The notes under the pieces: generated by a model
What the model was told of the DNA's origin: nothing
Databases searched by the model: none
The model's input: only the letters and a program-made list of their open reading frames with translations
Shown here: piece after piece, positions 61,124-64,000 of the stretch
Position numbering within the stretch: position 1 is the stretch's first letter
Layout: each line of letters opens with the position of its first letter
DNA from: a bacterium
GTDB lineage: Bacteria; UBA8248; JACPRG01; G963555815
Length of the DNA: 64,000 nucleotides
NCBI GenBank assembly: GCA_963555815.3
Contig: CAUVWX020000001.1
Span: forward strand, 704,001-768,000
Direction of reading: 5' to 3'
Program-made: the position numbers and the translations under genes

Positions 61124-61853
61124 CTACCAATGCAAGGAAACTCCCGCAACAAACGAATTGACCAAAAAGTCTTGGTCGTAGGATCCGACCTGATCTCCCA
61201 CGGCTATGCCACCCACACTGGTCTGAAGGGGAGTAGGAGCGTTCAAGTTGAAGTATGAAAATCTGTACGCCCCGAAAATGGCAATCTCTCCCAGACCGAA
61301 TTTCAGGAGAAAGAGCTTGGCTCCCGCCTCAGCTTGGACTCCCCCGGCGACCGAGGTGTCCTCTACCTTGAGCGTGAGTCCAGGAGTCACAGAGGCTTGT
61401 GATTCTTCTGTGATCGCCACAAAGAGCGCGCGGTCCAAAGCCGACATAGGGTTGAAACCTCCCACGGGGAAAGCCCACGCTCCCCAGAATACCGGGAAAA
61501 CGCACCAACGCGTTAAACCCAACTGTATAGACGTCTACGTCAACCCGGGTGCTCCCGTTGGAGAGCACCAGATCAGGGGCCATATACCCGGCGTCCATCT
61601 CCGCCCCAAACTAGGGGAGGGCTTCGAACCAGAAGCCGACCTTCTCGCCGAAGATCGCCGTCTCATCGGGTTGAGTGGCCCCAAGGGTGACCGTGAAGTC
61701 ACCTCCCTCCACCGGGGAGCGCGCCTCGTCCGTGAGGATACCGTAACCGCCATAAGCTGCAATGAACGGCTCTGCAGAGGCTGGCGGAGTGTAAAAGAGG
61801 AGACTCGCCGCTATAAAGAATGCTGCAATGAGCCCACTCACCCATTTTTTCAT
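61124..61853 (-). pseudogene. outer-membrane beta-barrel protein, nonsense + frameshift
   Basis: Signal peptide, ALP-TAG(61611)-FGAEMD in frame, then frameshift at PYVGFGP/ALFVA near 61430; terminal LHW. Confidence 0.8.
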
Positions 61854-61997
61854 GAGAGATCCTCCTCAGTCCTTGGGTGATTTCAACACCGGCTTATAAA
61901 GAACCATCACCATTTTAGTCGGTGGAGCAAATCAGGTCGAGGAGTTTCCCCCTGCGGCCACGTCAGATCCGTTGAAAAGTTAGAGATCGAAAAATCC

Positions 61998-62093
61998 TGG
62001 CGGAAGCGCGTGGGAGTCGAACCCACCGCCCGGGGTTTAGACCGGGACGCTGGATTTGAAGTCCAGGAGGGCCACCGGGTCCTATGCGCTTCC
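61998..62093 (-). tRNA. selC: tRNA-Sec (anticodon UCA)
   Basis: 8-bp acceptor GGAAGCGC/GCGCTTCC, G discriminator + CCA, anticodon arm CTGGA-CTTCAAA-TCCAG, long variable arm, 96 nt. Confidence 0.96.
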
Positions 62094-62271
62094 CCTCATC
62101 TCTTCAATTGCGCTGAAAATTGTGAAACAAGGTATCACGTGGGACAGCCTCTCGCAAGCCGATCGGATTTTCTTATACTACGAATCACGCGGGATTTCAG
62201 GACAGGGGATCCGAGAGTCTAAGCGGCCTTCTCGGTGGCTGTGGGAAGGGACGCGAGTCTTGGGTGGGCCC

Positions 62272-62967
62272 TTAACGCACATCCGGGTAGAGGCGCTTAA
62301 GTATTCTGGGGGAGACCCCGACGAGATGGCCCAGGGTCACAGCCCACATGATTATGAGCGTCCGCCCTACCCCCATCCTGTCCCACCGCCGACTTGAACT
62401 CGCGACGTGGGCGGAAAGGAGCCTCACCTTTCCCCTTCGCCTCAGGCGCGTCATCAGGTCCGCGTCCTCCAGTATCTCCAACTCCCGGTACCCCCCCAGG
62501 GCCAAGAAATCCTCCTGGCGGATGAATGGGGCCTGGTCCCCGTAGATGGTGCCGAGCCAGCGGGCCCTCTGGTTTGCGAAAAAGGACAGGGCACCGTAGA
62601 AGAGGCCGGGCTTATCGAGCTTGATACGAAAGGCGCCTCCGACAGTTCGGGGGTCCTGAAGGGTTTTGCGAATCTGGGAGAAGGCGTTTGAGGGGAGGAG
62701 GGTATCGGCGTGGAGGAAGAGGAGGACATCTCCCTTTGCATGGCGGGCTCCGGTGTTCATCTGGGATGCGCGGCCACGGGACGCCGTGAGGACCTTGGCG
62801 AAGGGGGATGCCTCCTTACGGCTTCTGTCCTCGCTCCCCCCGTCGACGACGATGACCTCCTGCCCTTTGTCAAGGTCCTGGAGGTGGCCGAGCGTCCGCG
62901 CAATCGTCTTCTCCTCGTTCAGGATGGGGACGATGATGGAAATGACCCCTTCAGACGATGTGGGCAT
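62272..62967 (-). CDS. GT2 glycosyltransferase, TIGR04283-like (rSAM/selenodomain-associated)
   Basis: ISIIVPILNEE, VVDGGS.D, GRASQMN.GA, LFLHADT, YGDQ, ILED, SSRRW. Confidence 0.85.
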   Translation of the reverse strand: MPTSSEGVISIIVPILNEEKTIARTLGHLQDLDKGQEVIVVDGGSEDRSRKEASPFAKVLTASRGRASQMNTGARHAKGDVLLFLHADTLLPSNAFSQIRKTLQDPRTVGGAFRIKLDKPGLFYGALSFFANQRARWLGTIYGDQAPFIRQEDFLALGGYRELEILEDADLMTRLRRRGKVRLLSAHVASSSRRWDRMGVGRTLIIMWAVTLGHLVGVSPRILKRLYPDVR

Positions 62968-63099
62968 CAGGAGACCCCGTTTGGTTTTTTCCCATGCGGC
63001 TTCACAAGATTCAGGGAAGCGTTGACATCTCCGGTGCGATGGTGAGCCTGGTCATGCCAGCAGGAGAAGCGGGACAACACGTTGGACCTATCTTCTTTA

Positions 63100-63990
63100 T
63101 CAGCCGCTCTTCAGGAGGAAGGCGTGGAACGCCTGGCAGATGGGGGTCCGGTAGCGGACCTTGTGGTGGGCGATATAAAAATATCGAGTCAGGGAGGCCC
63201 CTGCGATGGCCACCTCCTTGAGCAGCCCCATCTCCAGATCACTCCTCACGGCGAACCGGGAGATGATAGAGGTTCCCACTCCCGCCTTGACGCCCTCCCG
63301 GACGGCCTCACTGCTCCCCATCTCGGCCACCACCTGAAGGCGGCGGGCATCCAGGCCCAGATCTTGAAGCTTCTCCTCCATCGTCCTTCGGGAGCCCGAT
63401 CCCTCCTCTCGCAGGATGAAGGGGTGGTCCGTCAGGTTCCGGACACCCACTTTCCCTTTGGCCGCCCAGGGATGTTGGGGGTGGACGACCAGGATCAGCT
63501 CATCCTCTCGGAAGGTCTCGAAGACGAGATGGGCCTCATCCATCCGGGCCCCGACGACGCCAAGCTCGATCTTTCCCTCCAGGACCCCATGGCAGATGGA
63601 GGCCGAGTCGCCGATCTGAAGGCTGATGCCCACGTGGGGATGGCGCCTCTTGAACTCGCCGATGAGGGGTGGGAGGAGATATTCCCCTGGAATGGTGCTC
63701 CCCCCCAGTCGCAGGGTCCCCTTCATGGCCCCGGTGAACTGCTGAAGGGCCTGGATAGCTTCTTGGCGAAGCGCCAGGATCTGGTGAGCGTAATCGTAAA
63801 GGATCTTCCCCGCCTGGGTGAGGGCCACCTCCCGGCCCAGGCGGTCAAAGAGGCGAAGGCCAAAGGCGTCCTCCAGGGACTTGATGTGACCGCTGGCGGT
63901 CGGTTGGGTCAGGGAGATGGCTTCGGCCGCCTTGGAGAAGCTCTTGAGGTCGGCGACCTTGCAGAAGAGCTCAAGCTGGCGGATGTCCAT
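63100..63990 (-). CDS. LysR-family regulator (CysL-like / selenium-metabolism-associated type)
   Basis: SFSKAAE..LTQPT.S.HI..LE HTH; GGSTIPGEYLLP, REEGSGSR, GSSEAV. Confidence 0.9.
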   Translation of the reverse strand: MDIRQLELFCKVADLKSFSKAAEAISLTQPTASGHIKSLEDAFGLRLFDRLGREVALTQAGKILYDYAHQILALRQEAIQALQQFTGAMKGTLRLGGSTIPGEYLLPPLIGEFKRRHPHVGISLQIGDSASICHGVLEGKIELGVVGARMDEAHLVFETFREDELILVVHPQHPWAAKGKVGVRNLTDHPFILREEGSGSRRTMEEKLQDLGLDARRLQVVAEMGSSEAVREGVKAGVGTSIISRFAVRSDLEMGLLKEVAIAGASLTRYFYIAHHKVRYRTPICQAFHAFLLKSG

Positions 63991-64000
63991 GAGTCACTTC

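Noticed and set aside
39539..61613. Genome-wide TAG reassignment
   Set aside because: Many conserved core genes terminate correctly at TAG

Overview
GC-rich diderm bacterial chromosome segment. HrcA, DivIVA, TonB, Tat, outer-membrane barrels and a small CxxC-CxxC protein suggest a Nitrospirota/Nitrospinota/Tectomicrobia-like lineage (inference only). The backbone is housekeeping: hppA, dacA, mtnA-divIVA-yggT-proC-yggS, hrcA-grpE, purD, groES-groEL with a CIRCE box, archease-rtcB, galU, moeA pair, thrB, tRNA-Leu(CAG). Decaying accessory islets lie at 1-3.3 kb, 18.7-20.8 kb, 35-44 kb and 59.7-61.9 kb. The main signals missed by the ORF track are: (1) tRNA-Sec(UCA) at the end of a LysR - GT2 glycosyltransferase - selC unit; (2) two in-frame-UGA selenoprotein candidates, a rhodanese (CTU) and a MerT-like transporter (CU). 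Both carry a hairpin with GGU at exactly +22 to +24 after the UGA; (3) a TGAA(T/C)C-N17-(G/A)TCTA(A/G) ECF-type promoter found four times, upstream of the local ECF sigma gene, the MerT-like selenoprotein and both copies of (4) a duplicated secreted peptide gene with about 320 bp of identical 5' region, a conserved structured 3' UTR and a variable C-terminus; (5) a structured terminator-containing leader upstream of hppA. All calls were made by eye; no searches were run.
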